A stretch of DNA of 64,000 nucleotides. Source: Antedon mediterranea (taxonomy: Eukaryota; Animalia; Echinodermata). The notes under the pieces are model-generated. The model saw only the letters and a list, made by a program, of their open reading frames with translations, did not search any database and was not told the DNA's origin. The stretch is taken from assembly GCF_964355755.1 (NCBI RefSeq), contig NC_092680.1, forward strand, positions 7,378,001 to 7,442,000, written 5' to 3'. Position numbers and translations under genes: made by a program. This document shows, piece by piece, positions 27,493 through 42,400 of the stretch (position 1 is its first letter; each line of letters opens with the position of its first letter).

Positions 27493-30400
27493 CTGTTAAA
27501 AAACAAAAAAATAGATAAAAAGATAGAAACCATATTTTATCCGTTATTAAATTAAATTTAATCAAAATATGATTAATACTTACAGAGAATACAATTTGTA
27601 CAGTGTCCATCTTCACCCCAAGAAAGTGGGCGGTCACTTCAAATGTACCGGCTAATGCCACTGGTGAGATTTCAAATAGAACATTCTTGAATCTAAATAC
27701 AAACAAAAAACAAATCAATTTAAATTAAAACAGTATTATGATGAATAAACAACAATGATAGATAAATAATAAAGAAAGATAAGAAAATAACTTAGTGCTC
27801 ACAACAACAACAACAAATTTATTTTTTAATACCCGTCAATATCCATGGGACAGGAAGAATTGATTGAAATCAAAAATACAAAGGAAGGAAAAAATTTTTA
27901 AAAAAGCTGAGATTTTAGCTTTCAACATTTCAGTTTTGTTTTTAGAAATGTAGAATTTAAAATTATATGTGCAGAAACATTAACTACTACTAATGATTGT
28001 GATATGAACACATATTTAAACAAATGTATTGAGGGTGATCCATGACAGTAAATGCTGTAGGGTTTCAATAAATCAATATAAAAAGAGGAAACTAAAGAAA
28101 AATTCATGCAAACTTACTGATTTTCTGATAAACCTTCGATTTCTAAGATGATCCCCTTCTCATGAAGTCTAGCACCTGTGTACTTAATTGCCTCATTTTT
28201 CTTTTTGGACTCTTTAGACTTCCTTTAAAATAAAACAATTTGAAATTAATCAATTATATGTATTTAGATTAGATAATACATAATATAATTATCAACTGAA
28301 CATAGAATCACTATAGTACATCAACTTTCAGTAGAGAAAGCATTGTCAGTAGGGCTTACACAGGTGAACTCTGTTATGTGACCTCTCTCATGTGACCTGG
28401 GCTGGCCTTTGTATTTTGTTTTATATTGGATAATTATTTTTTGTGGTACAGTATATTCCTCCTTAAGTTGTTACCATTTGTGAGGCAATGTTGGCAAGTT
28501 AATTTATAAGACTGTTAGGACTGTACTGAATATTCATAGAGACAATCAGGACTGTACTGAATATTCATAAAGACTGTTAGGACTGTACTGAATATTCATA
28601 AAGACAATCAGGACTGTACTGAATATTCATAAAGACTGTTAGGACTGTACTGAATATTCATAAAGACTGTCAGGACTGTACTGAATATTCATAAAGACAA
28701 TCAGGACTGTACTGAATATTCATAAAGACTGTTAGGACTGTACTGAATATTCATAAAGACTGTTAGGACTGTACTGAATATTCATAAAGACTGTCAGGAC
28801 TGTACTGAATATTCATAAAGACTGTTAGGACTGTACTGAATATTCATAAAGACTGTTAGGACTGTACTGAATATTCATAAAGACTGTCAGGACTGTACTG
28901 AATATTCATAAAGACTGTTAGGACTGTACTGAATATTCATAAAGACTGTTAGGACTGTACTGAATATTCATAAAGACTGTCAGGACTGTACTGAATATTC
29001 ATAAAGACTGTTAGGACTGTACTGAATATTCATAAAGACTGTTAGGACTGTACTGAATATTCATAAAGACTGTTAGGACTGTACTGAATATTCATAAAGA
29101 CTGTTAGGACTGTACTGAATATTCATAAAGACTGTTAGGACTGTACTGAATATTCATAAAGACTGTTAGGACTGTACTGAATATTCATAAAGACTGTCAG
29201 GACTGTACTGAATATTCATAGAGACTGTCAAGACTGTACTGAATATTCATAGAGACTGTCAGGACTGTACTGAATATTCATAGAGACTGTCAGGACTGTA
29301 CTGAATATTCATAAAGACTGTCAGGACTGTACTGAATATTCATAGAGACTGTTAGGACTGTACTGAATATTCATAAAGACTGTCAGGACTGTACTGAATA
29401 TTCATAAAGACTGTTAGGACTGTACTGAATATTCATAAAGACTGTTAGGACTGTACTGAATATTCATAAAGACTGTTAGGACTGTACTGAATATTCATAA
29501 AGACTGTCAGGACTGTACTGAATATTCATAAAGACTGTTAGGACTGTACTGAATATTCATAAAGACTGTTAGGACTGTACTGAATATTCATAAAGACTGT
29601 TAGGACTGTACTGAATATTCATAAAGACTGTCAGGACTGTACTGAATATTCATAGAGACTGTCAGGACTGTACTGAATATTCATAAAGACTGTCAGGACT
29701 GTACTGAATATTCATAGAGACTGTTAGGACTGTACTGAATATTCATAAAGACTGTCAGGACTGTACTGAATATTCATAAAGACTGTCAGGACTGTACTGA
29801 ATATTCATAGAGACTGTTAGGACTGTACTGAATATTCATAGAGACTGTCAGGACTGTACTGAATATTCATAAAGACTGTCAGGACTGTACTGAATATTCA
29901 TAGAGACTGTTAGGACTGTACTGAATATTCATAAAGACTGTCAGGACTGTACTGAATATTCATAAAGACTGTCAGGACTGTACTGAATATTCATAGAGAC
30001 TGTTAGGACTGTACTGAATATTCATAAAGACTGTCAGGACTGTACTGAATATTCATAGAGACTGTCAGGACTGTACTGAATATTCATAAAGACTGTCAGG
30101 ACTGTACTGAATATTCATAGAGACTGTCAGGACTGTACTGAATATTCATAAAGACTGTCAGGACTGTACTGAATATTCATAAAGACTGTCAGGACTGTAC
30201 TGAATATTCATAGAGACTGTTAGGACTGTACTGAATATTCATAAAGACTGTCAGGACTGTACTGAATATTCATAAAGACTGTCAGGACTGTACTGAATAT
30301 TCATAGAGACTGTTAGGACTGTACTGAATATTCATAGAGACTGTTAGGACTGTACTGAATATTCATAAAGACTGTTAGGACTGTACTGAATATTCATAAA

Positions 30401-33400
30401 GACTGTTAGGACTGTACTGAATATTCATAAAGACTGTCAGGACTGTACTGAATATTCATAAAGACTGTCAGGACTGTACTGAATATTCATAGAGACTGTT
30501 AGGACTGTACTGAATATTCATAAAGACTGTCAGTACTGTACTGAATATTCATAAAGACTGTCAGGACTGTACTGAATATTCATAAAGACTGTTAGGACTG
30601 TACTGAATATTCATAAAGACTGTCAGGACTGTACTGAATATTCATAAAGACTGTCAGGACTGTACTGAATATTCATAAAGACTGTCAGTACTGTACTGAA
30701 TATTCATAAAGACTGTCAGGACTGTACTGAATATTCATAAAGACTGTCAGGACTGTACTGAATATTCATAAAGACTGTCAGGACTGTACTGAATATTCAT
30801 AAAGACTGTCAGGACTGTACTGAATATTCATAAAGACTGTCAGGACTGTACTGAATATTCATAGAGACTGTAGGGACTGTACTGAATATTCATAGAGACT
30901 GTCAGTACTGTACTGAATATTCATAAAGACTATCAGGACTGTACTGAATATTCATAAAGACTGTTAGTACTGTACTGAATATTCATAAAGACTGTCAGGA
31001 CTGTACTGAATATTCATAGAGACTGTTAGGACTGTACTGAATATTCATAAAGACTGTCAGGACTGTACTGAATATTCATAAAGACTGTTAGGACTGTACT
31101 GAATATTCATAGAGACTGTTAGGACTGTACTGAATATTCATAAAGACTGTCAGTACTGTACTGAATATTCATAAAGACTGTTAGGACTGTACTGAATATT
31201 CATAAAGACTGTTAGGACTGTACTGAATATTCATAGAGACTGTCAGGACTGTACTGAATATTCATAGAGACTGTCAGGACTGTACTGAATATTCATAAAG
31301 ACTGTTAGGACTGTACTGAATATTCATAAAGACTGTTAGGACTGTACTGAATATTCATAAAGACTGTTAGGACTGTACTGAATATTCATAAAGACTGTTA
31401 GGACTGTACTGAATATTCATAAAGACTGTTAGGACTGTACTGAATATTCATAAAGACTGTTAGGACTGTACTGAATATTCATAAAGACTGTCAGGACTGT
31501 ACTGAATATTCATAGAGACTGTTAGGACTGTACTGAATATTCATAAAGACTGTCAGTACTGTACTGAATATTCATAAAGACTGTCAGGACTGTACTGAAT
31601 ATTTATAGAGACTGTTAGGACTGTACTGAATATTCATAAAGACTGTCAGTACTGTACTGAATATTCATAAAGACTATCAGGACTGTACTGAATATTCATA
31701 AAGACTGTTAGGACTGTACTGAATATTCATAAAGACTGTTAGGACTGTACTGAATATTCATAGAGACTGTTAGGACTGTACTGAATATTCATAAAGACTG
31801 TTAGGACTGTACTGAATATTCATAGAGACTGTTAGGACTGTACTGAATATTCATAAAGACTGTTAGGACTGTACTGAATATTCATAAAGACTGTTAGGAC
31901 TGTACTGAATATTCATAGAGACTGTCAGGACTGTACTGAATATTCATAAAGACTGTCAGGACTGAACTGAATATTCATAAAGACTGTTAGGACTGTACTG
32001 AATATTCATAAAGACTGTTAGGACTGTACTGAATATTCATAAAGACTGTCAGGACTGTACTGAATATTCATAAAGACTGTCAGGACTGTACTGAATATTC
32101 ATAAAGACTGTTAGGACTGTACTGAATATTCATAAAGACTGTTAGGACTGTACTGAATATTCATAAAGACTGTCAGGACTGTACTGAATATTCATAAAGA
32201 CTGTTAGGACTGTACTGAATATTCATAAAGACTGTTAGGACTGTACTGAATATTCATAAAGACTGTCAGGACTGTACTGAATATTCATAAAGACTGTCAG
32301 GACTGTACTGAATATTCATAAAGACTGTTAGGACTGTACTGAATATTCATAAAGACTGTCAGTACTGTACTGAATATTCATAGAGACTGTCAGGACTGTA
32401 CTGAATATTCATAGAGACTGTCAGGACTGTACTGAATATTCATAAAGACTGTTAGGACTGTACTGAATATTCATAAAGACTGTTATGACTGTACTGAATA
32501 TTCATAAAGACTGTCAGGACTGTACTGAATATTCATAAAGACTGTTAGGACTGTACTGAATATTCATAAAGACTGTCAGTACTGTACTGAATATTCATAG
32601 AGACTGTCAGTACTGTACTGAATATTCATAGAGACTGTCAGGACTGTACTGAATATTCATAAAGACTGTTAGGACTGTACTGAATATTCATAAAGACTGT
32701 TAGGACTGTACTGAATATTCATAAAGACTGTCAGGACTGTACTGAATATTCATAAAGACTGTTAGGACTGTACTGAATATTCATAAAGACTGTCAGTACT
32801 GTACTGAATATTCATAGAGACTGTTAGGACTGTACTGAATATTCATAAAGACTGTTAGGACTGAACTGAATATTCATAGAGACTGTTAGGACTGTACTGA
32901 ATATTCATAGAGACATTCAGGACTGTACTGAATATTCATAGAGACTGTTAGGACTGTACTGAATATTCATAAAGACTGTTAGGACTGTACTGAATATTCA
33001 TAAAGACTGTTAGGACTGTACTGAATATTCATAGAGACTGTCAGGACTGTACTGAATATTCATAGAGACTGTCAGGACTGTACTGAATATTCATAGAGAC
33101 TGTCAGGACTGTACTGAATATTCATAAAGACTGTCAGGACTGTACTGAATATTCATAGAGACTGTAGGGACTGTACTGAATATTCATAGAGACTGTCAGT
33201 ACTGTACTGAATATTCATAAAGACTATCAGGACTGTACTGAATATTCATAAAGACTGTTAGTACTGTACTGAATATTCATAAAGACTGTCAGGACTGTAC
33301 TGAATATTCATAGAGACTGTTAGGACTGTACTGAATATTCATAAAGACTGTCAGGACTGTACTGAATATTCATAAAGACTGTTAGGACTGTACTGAATAT

Positions 33401-36400
33401 TCATAGAGACTGTTAGGACTGTACTGAATATTCATAAAGACTGTTAGGACTGTACTGAATATTCATAAAGACTGTTAGGACTGTACTGAATATTCATAAA
33501 GACTGTTAGGACTGTACTGAATATTCATAGAGACTGTCAGTACTGTACTGAATATTCATAAAGACTGTTAGGACTGTACTGAATATTCATAAAGACTGTT
33601 AGGACTGTACTGAATATTCATAAAGACTGTTAGGACTGTACTGAATATTCATAGAGACTGTCAGGACTGTACTGAATATTCATAGAGACTGTCAGGACTG
33701 TACTGAATATTCATAAAGACTGTTAGGACTGTACTGAATATTCATAAAGACTGTTAGGACTGTACTGAATATTCATAAAGACTGTTAGGACTGTACTGAA
33801 TATTCATAAAGACTGTCAGGACTGTACTGAATATTCATAGAGACTGTCAGGACTGTACTGAATATTCATAGAGACAATCAGGACTGTACTGAATATTCAT
33901 AAAGACTGTCAGGACTGTACTGAATATTCATAAAGACTGTCAGTACTTTACTGAATATTCATAGAGACTGTAGGGACTGTACTGAATATTCATGAGGACT
34001 GTACTGAATATTCATAAAGACTGTCAGAATATTCATAAAGACTGTCAGGATTGCAGTACTGAATATTCATAAAGACTATCAGGACTGTACTGAATATTCA
34101 TAAGACTGTCAGGATTGCAGTACTCAGGACTGTACTTGATATTCATAAAGACTGACGGGACTGTACTGAATATTTATAAGACTGTCGGGACTGTACTGAA
34201 TATTTATGAATACTGTCGTGACTGTACTGAATATTTATGAATACTGTCGTGACTGTACTGAATATTTATGAATACTGTCGGGACTGTACTGAATATTCAT
34301 AAAGACTTTCGGGACTGTAAATATTACTCACTTTGTTTTTGTTTGTAGATTCAGCATGCACGTTTCAATGTATTTGTTATAAAAGTCTATCTGTTCTTGA
34401 TAGAATCCTGACTTTGATTCAAGACCATTCATAGTTGCACGCAGTTTCAACAACTCTTGTTTTCGTTGATTGCGGTATCTTCTTTGGTTACGGATATCCT
34501 GAAATTAAGCATGAAAAAGAAAACGCTAGAATAATGAATGAAATGATACCTGTATCTGCCAGTATTGGCCAGTCAAAATATTCTTATATACTGTTTAGCA
34601 AGCAATATATAGCTATTAGGAATTAAAAGGTAGCAAGACAAGATAGTTAATTCATTTCAAACCAACAGTGTCCAAATTAAAACAAAATTATATTATCATC
34701 TTCCACACTGTTCATAACTGAATCATAATCACTTGCCACATTTTTGTTATATAAATATAAATATATATATGTATACATCTTTACATAAAACAATACAATG
34801 AAATTGACAGACACCACTAGATATCAAGTGACTCACATGAGCGATTGAAGTCACCATGGCTTGGTAGTTATCACTTGATGAAACATGTTTAGCCTCCTCT
34901 AGAGTTGCCAGGTTCTTTTCAATTTTCCTCTTAATTGATTCTAACGGTAATCTGTGAATAACAAAGAGTAAATATGAATATAATAGACAGAATCACAGCA
35001 TTTCAGTTAAGGCTATGATATCAAATCAACGAAATAATCCTGTCTTTCTTTCAGAAAACATTAGAATAAACTCTCCCAAAGGCAGGCACCATTGGGCTGT
35101 ACCAAATGTATGGGAAAGTATTTGGGAGAATATTGATTATTCAGGGAGTCTTGTTTCTGTGTACAGGAGTTCTATCCAAACCTATGGAAAGACAAGTTCT
35201 ATCCAAACCAATGGTAAGACAAGTTCTATCCAAACCAATAGAAAGACAAGTTCTATTCAAACCAATGGTAAGACAAGCTCTATCCAAACCAATGGAAAGA
35301 CAAGTTCTATCCAAACCAAATGGAAAGACAAGTTCTATCCAAAGCAATGGAAAGACAAGTTCTATCCAAACCAATGGAAAGACAAGTTCTACCAAAACCA
35401 ATGGTAAGACAAGCTCTATCCAAACCAATGGAAAGACAAGTTCTATCCAAACCAATGAAAAGACAAGTTCTATCCAAACCAATGGTAAGACAAGTTCTAT
35501 CCAAACCACTGGAAAGATAAGTTCTATCCAAACCAATGAAAAGACAAGTTCTATCCAAACCAATGAAAAGACAAGTTCTATCCAAACCAATAGAAAGACA
35601 AGTTCTATCCAAACCAATAGAAAGACAAGTTTTATCCAAACTAATGGAAAGACAAGTTCTATCCAAAGCAAAGGAAAGACAAGTTCTATCCAAACCAATG
35701 GAAAGACAAGTTCTATCCAAACCAATTGAAAGAAAGTTCTATCTTAACCAAAGGAAAGACGAGTTCTATCCAAACCAATGGAAAGACAAGTTCTATCCAA
35801 AGCAAAGGAAAGACAAGTTCTATCCAAACCAATTGAAAGACAAGTTCTATCCAAACCAATGGAAAGACAAGTTTTATATCCAAACCAATGGAAAGACAAG
35901 TTCTATCCAAACCAATGGAAAGACAAGTTCTATCCAAACCAATGGAATGACAAGTTCTATCCAGACCAATGGAAAGACAAGTTCTATCCAGACCAATGGA
36001 AAGACAAGTTCTATCCAAACCAATGGAAAGACAAGTTCTATCCAAACCAATGGAATGACAAGTTCTATCCAAACCAATGGAATGACAAGTTCTATCCAAA
36101 CCAATGGAAAGACAAGTTCTATTCAAACCAATGGAAAGACAAGTTTTATTCAAAGCAATGGAAAGACAAGCTCTATCCAAACCAATGGAAAGACAAGTTC
36201 TATCCAAAGCAATGGAAAGACAAGTTCTATCCAAACCAATGGAAAGACAAGTTCTATCCAAACCAAATGGAATGACAAGTTCTATCCATACCAATGGAAA
36301 GACAAATTCTATTCAAACCAATGGAAAGACAAGTTCTATCCAAACCAAATGGAAAGACAAGTTCTATCCAAAGCAATGGAAAGACAAGTTCTATCCAAAG

Positions 36401-39400
36401 CAATGGTGAGACAAGTTCTATCCAAACCAATGGTGAGACAAGTTCTATCCAAAGCAAAGGAAAGACAAGTTCTATCCAAACCAATGGTGAGACAAGTTCT
36501 ATCCAAAGCAATGGTGAGACAAGTTCTATCCAAACCAATGGTGAGACAAGTTCTATCCAAAGCAAAGGAAAGACAAGTTCTATCCAAACCAATGGAAAGA
36601 CAAGTTCTATCCAAACCAAATGGAATGACAAGTTCTATCCAAACCAATGGAAAGACAAGTTCTATCCAAACCAATGGAAAGACAAGTTCTATCCAAAGCA
36701 ATGGAAAGACAAGTTCTATCCAAAGCAATGGTGAGACAAGTTCTATCCAAACCAATGGTGAGACAAGTTCTATCCAAAGCAAAGGAAAGACAAGTTCTAT
36801 CCAAACCAATGGAAAGACAAGTTCTATCCAAACCAATGGAAAGACAAGTTCTATCCAAAGCAATGGTGAGACAAGTTCTATCCAAACCAATTGAAAGACA
36901 AGTTCTATCCAAACCAATGGAAAGACAAGTTCTATCCAAAGCAAAGGAAAGACAAGTTCTATCCAAAGCAATGGAAAGACAAGTTCTATCCAAACCAATT
37001 GAAAGACAAGTTCTATCCAAACCAATGGAAAGACAAGTTCTATCCAAACCAATGGAAAGACAAGTTCTATCCAAACCAATGGAAAGACAAGTTCTATCCA
37101 AACCAATGGAAAGACAAGTTCTATCCAAACCAATGGAAAGACAAGTTCTATCCAAACCAATGGAAAGACAAGTTCTATCCAAACCAATGGAAAGACAAGT
37201 TAAGTGTATATAAAAAAAACTCACTTGCTATCGTGGAGTACAGACATTGTACGTTGTAATTTATCGTCATCTTTTGTTGCTTTTTCATCTTGTTTTACTC
37301 GTTTGCTTACTAGTGCAATATGTTCATCTTCCTGTGAAACAATTCATTGAATGTTGAGAATTTTTTCCTTGGTTTATAAATATATAAACAAATTTAAAAT
37401 GATTTAGGTTGATTAAACCAGACTCTAAATCCAAATGTGAAAATCTAACCTGCTCTTCAGTTGCAGGTGTCTTAAGCACCTGTGGAACAGTTTCTCCTGG
37501 TTGAACTCGAATAACATCCACTAAGAGCCTTTTGGTCCTGCCAAAGAAAAAAAACCTTAAATAATGCTCACGATGGTTTATATGTGGCAGTATTCCTAAG
37601 TCACAGGCTCATGCAAACATTCAGCAATGTTTGTTGTCCAAATTTTCCTATCGAATTGTATACCACTTTAAAGAAATTTAATAATACTAAAGCTCAGTCT
37701 ACCTATCAAACTTTATGTTAAAATGTGCCCATATATAGACATGATGATGGGCATATCACCACCATACGTTGCAGGGACAAGCCAGATCAGTCGCCTGTCG
37801 CAAAATTTAATTTTGAGATAATATTATCTTATTATGCAGCTAATTATCTGTTTTATAATGGTAAAAAAATTATTGTAATTCGAACGTTAGATTTAATCGA
37901 TAAAATATGAAAAAAAAAATGTTTTTGTCAACATGATTTTGACTATTCTAGGCTGTATCTCAGTTCAAGGATTACCGACAAGTGACTGGTTTGGCTTGTC
38001 CGCGCCACATATTTGGGCAAATCACACTTTTTTTTGGTCAAATTAGTTTGATAGTGTACACAGAGCTTTAGTATTTAGAACAATAACTAGAACATTAAAA
38101 GTACAATTTTATCAACTTTACCTGATAAATAATTGTACCATATCTGTATCGTCATCGCCAGCAATTTCAAATTTGTTGGTTAATGTTAATGAGATTTCCG
38201 ACTTGGCAAGGTTGGTAAGAAGAGCTTCTGCTTGCTGTTCATTGGTGTCCACTGGTGCATGCCCTAAACCCATACATAATGACATTGAAAATAACTACAA
38301 AATATTTAAAATAAAAATTCACAAACAAATATTATAAATCTATCACATACAGTACTAAAGTGGGTACCACTATATCAGATAAGCGTATTATAAATACAGG
38401 TGTACCACAGGGCTGTGTACTGTCGCCCTTTCTTTTTACTTTATTTACTTATGACTGTGTTACCTACTACAGTAACTGTCACATCGCTAAATTTGCGGAT
38501 GATACTACCATTGTAGGTCTAATCAATGATGAGTCTAATTATCGCAACCAAGTTAAACGAGTTGTAGACTGGTGTAACGAAAACAATCTGTTCTTGAATG
38601 TATCTAAGACTAAAGAAATGGTTGTTGATTTCCGTAAATCACTTAATGTCAAATATCCAATATTTATTAATGGTATATCAGTTGAGTTTGTAGAAGAATT
38701 TAAATTCTTGGGTATTTATATTTCAAATGATCTGAAGTGGCATATTAACACACGTAACATTATTAGAAAGGCCCAAAGAAGAATCTACTTCCTACGTAGA
38801 CTTAAATCATTTGGTATAAACTCTGTAATAATGTCGTCCTTCTATAGGTCAGTTATAGAGAGTGTAATAACGTATTCTTTAACGGTATGGTTCGGTAGCG
38901 CTACCGAAAATGAAAAGCGTGACCTAAATAGAATAGTCAAGACCGCATCGCGTATAATTGGATCTACACAACTGCCTTTGGAGAACATATTTTCGGATCG
39001 TCTTCTGAAAAAGGCAGTGGCTATCAAAGATGATCATTTTCATCCGGCCTCTAGTATGTTCCAGTTGATGCGCAGCGGTCGGCGATTTCGTTCTATTAAG
39101 GCCAATAAGGCACGATTTACAAATAGTTTCTTTCCAGGATCTATTAGAGCCTTAAATATGATGTAGACTTTTTTTTGTAATGTTCTTGTTTTTTGAGTTC
39201 GTGTTGTGTACGTTGGATATTGTGCTCCGCCAACAGAGCAAACAGAATTTCTATGTTTTTCCTAAAACAAATGATAATAAATGATACTTGACTTGACTTG
39301 ACTTGACTATGCCAGCTTTTCTCAAATACAGTTTTCCACAATAATGTTTAAAGCTGTGTCTACACTATCAAACTTTATGTGACAAAAAAATGTGATGTGC

Positions 39401-42400
39401 CCATATATGGACATGATGATGTCATATCACTACCATATTTGGGCGTATCACTACCATACTTGGGCACATCACAATTTTCACACTAGTTTGATAGTGTAGT
39501 CAGAGCTTTATACAGAATATCAAACTACTGAAATCACCTACTAAACTTGGGTTAAGGGCACTTTCAATTTGCAACAACCAACAAGCTAGAAAGTTTGTTA
39601 TGTCATGTTAATTCATTGTGTACATGCAGAGAAGTTGGGACATGCTTCGTCAGCCTATTCCTTGAAACAGTATTGGTGGGCAGACGATGACCGATGCTTT
39701 GGTCGTTGCAAATTCAAAAAGTCAAAAACCACTGCTGAAAATTACATTATATCTACTAGCCTAGGTATTTTTAAGTCAAACTAATTAAATAAAAACTAGC
39801 TTGAGGTATGCTTTTAAAATATACAAACTTTTAATTAAGAAACTATTGTAATTTAAATTGTAAGCTTAAACCGAATAAACAAATCCATTATTATTATTAG
39901 TAATGTTATAAAACACATTAAAAACTGCAGTTTTCTTTATATATTTTACAGGAAGATTTTGTATCATGGAACATTTGTTATACATGAAATCACATTGAAT
40001 GAATATTCCTATATTTCAAAGACCACTAATCTAAATTACATTTACAATAATAAACATTGGATACCAGTCATTTAGGAATACCATTTCAATAATACAAAAC
40101 CTCAAACTCATTAATCAAAACAAATTCAAAGCAAAAAAAAAAAAATTAAATTAAATTAAAACCAACATGCCAACTCCTAAATGTTAAAAACAAATACAAC
40201 CATCAGTAATAAGGATAACAAATAAATGATTTTAAGGTTACAACATTCCTCATCCATTTATTTAAACAAAATTAAAATAAAAGAAACACAATTCTCTCAT
40301 CAGATAGCTAAATCATGCCCAAAAGAACAACAACATTCTATTAAAAATAAATTTCTTAAAAGCTCAACATAAAAAAAAACAACAAACTGAGGAGGATGCA
40401 TGCATGATGCAATTCCAATGCATTGTACCACTTACATAAACTAAGAACAACTGAAATTCAAAATAATGATATATGGTTACTAAAGATGTTGAATACTAAT
40501 AGTCTGCTGTACATGGATCAGTACGTCATAGTTCATAACAAACATAAACAAACCAATCCACATTGTAATAGCATCCACTACCAGGCCAGAATCAGAAATT
40601 GATGTTAACTACAAGAGCTCTCACAAATTTGAGCAGATTTTAAGAATGCCCATACTGTGTTTGTAATGCTTGATCATTTTATAAACTTTATTACTGGAAA
40701 ATGTAATTGTATTTATAGATGAGTAGTAGTAATTAGTCTTGTTTATTTTATTTCATTTATATGTAATTTTTTACTTTCTATGGACCAGAGTTTCCAAAAT
40801 AAAAGATTGAATGAATGAATATTATTATTATTATCATAATATGAGAGAAGGAAGTAAATTGGAGAGATGCAATGACAACAAAAATATAGAATGTGAAAAT
40901 AATGATGATGTTTGTAACATAATTATACAAACAATTTTCATTATAAAGAGGTCTTTAGACCAGGCAAGACTATGTACTGTTTTTATTGTTTATTCGTAAA
41001 TAAGTAACTCACCAATCAGGTCTTGAATACTTGGTGGATCACCAAGATCACTGAGTAGTTCATGAAGCCGATCATCAGTCTCAGGGGCTACAATCTCCTC
41101 ATGTTCCATTAATAACTGTACAAAATACAAGTAATAATCACTTAAAAATACTATTGAATATCAATCACTCCAAATCTCTTTATTTATCAATCTTTTCCCT
41201 AGTTCATTCATATTCAAATTCTTTATTGCAAAGTAAGCATTGTTGAATTTACAAAAAAAGCTGGTTGCTCAACAAGATCACTTACTGCATGCGTATCTAG
41301 GATCTCCTGTACGGACATGTACACAACTGGTTTGGTAGGATTTACAAAATCTGAATACTCGTTAATGTTGAATCTATCATCCAGTTCAGGCACATCACAA
41401 ACTTTAATACAAAATGCTCTGAAATCATAAAATATAACACATTTGAAGAAGCCATGTTGTAGCATGCATGAAAAAAAAAGTGGTATTGTATCGTTAGAAA
41501 GTAAAATAGAACATTTCCTGTGATTATAGGAAGACATAAGTTTACAAGTTAACAATATGTTTGCTTGCTATAAATAATATAAATATTGCACACATATTTT
41601 AAGTAAGTAATATTTATTATTTTCCAAGAACAGTAAAATTTATAAAACAGCATAATATTCAATTTATGAAATTAAACATGGAAAGCAGTGGATAACCCTT
41701 TAAGCCCAAAGGGGTCCCCAAGTAATTATTAATAATAACTTACTTGAACCTTTCATGTGCATTTAAAACAAACTTGTTGAGACCTGACAGATGATCACTA
41801 TCACCTCCAAACTAGAGATAAAAAGAAAAAAAGATAAAACAACATTCAACTATCAGCCATAAATCTCTTCTTTTTTACCATATTTAATGAGGGTGATCCA
41901 TCCAGCAATTGCTGATCATTAGGGACCCTCAGAGGTTCACAAGACAAACATATACACAAGATGCTCTACATAAACAAAGTCTTATTAGAAGTCTTGGGAG
42001 TGGAGTTTAAATTTTGTCCTAAGAAAAAATCCTGACATGTCACGGGACCCTTGGAGATGGTAGCCAAGCATCATATCCACCAAGCCACAACTCCACTCTT
42101 AGACTTCTTATTCATAGAAATTGTTTATAATTGATTTTACAGTAACACTAGATTGTATATTTCAGCACCAACTTTCAGATACTTACTGTTTTTCCAGATG
42201 CAACACTTTGTAATACTTTTGCTATTGAACCAAGATTACGTCTCTGTTCTGTCGTCATACCCTTCTGAGCGCCAACATCTACAATATCAAATGCATCAGG
42301 TGCCACAATAGCAGGGTTCATGAAACGATAGTATATCAAGTTTCCAACAATCTAAATTGAGAATAACAGATTTTTTATGATGAAATTGTTAGTGCAGCTG

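Noticed and set aside
28501-34325. CRISPR-like array (31-bp repeat with palindromic core)
   Set aside because: Units are head-to-tail with no unique spacers, there are no cas genes, and the context is a eukaryotic intron.
35015-37259. Long repetitive ORFs (up to 452 aa) on both strands
   Set aside because: By-product of a largely stop-free 27-bp minisatellite; frames shift with indels; lies inside an IQGAP intron whose flanking exons join in phase.
40554-40608. Possible extra IQGAP cassette exon
   Set aside because: 55 nt is not frame-preserving and has a stop in the required phase.
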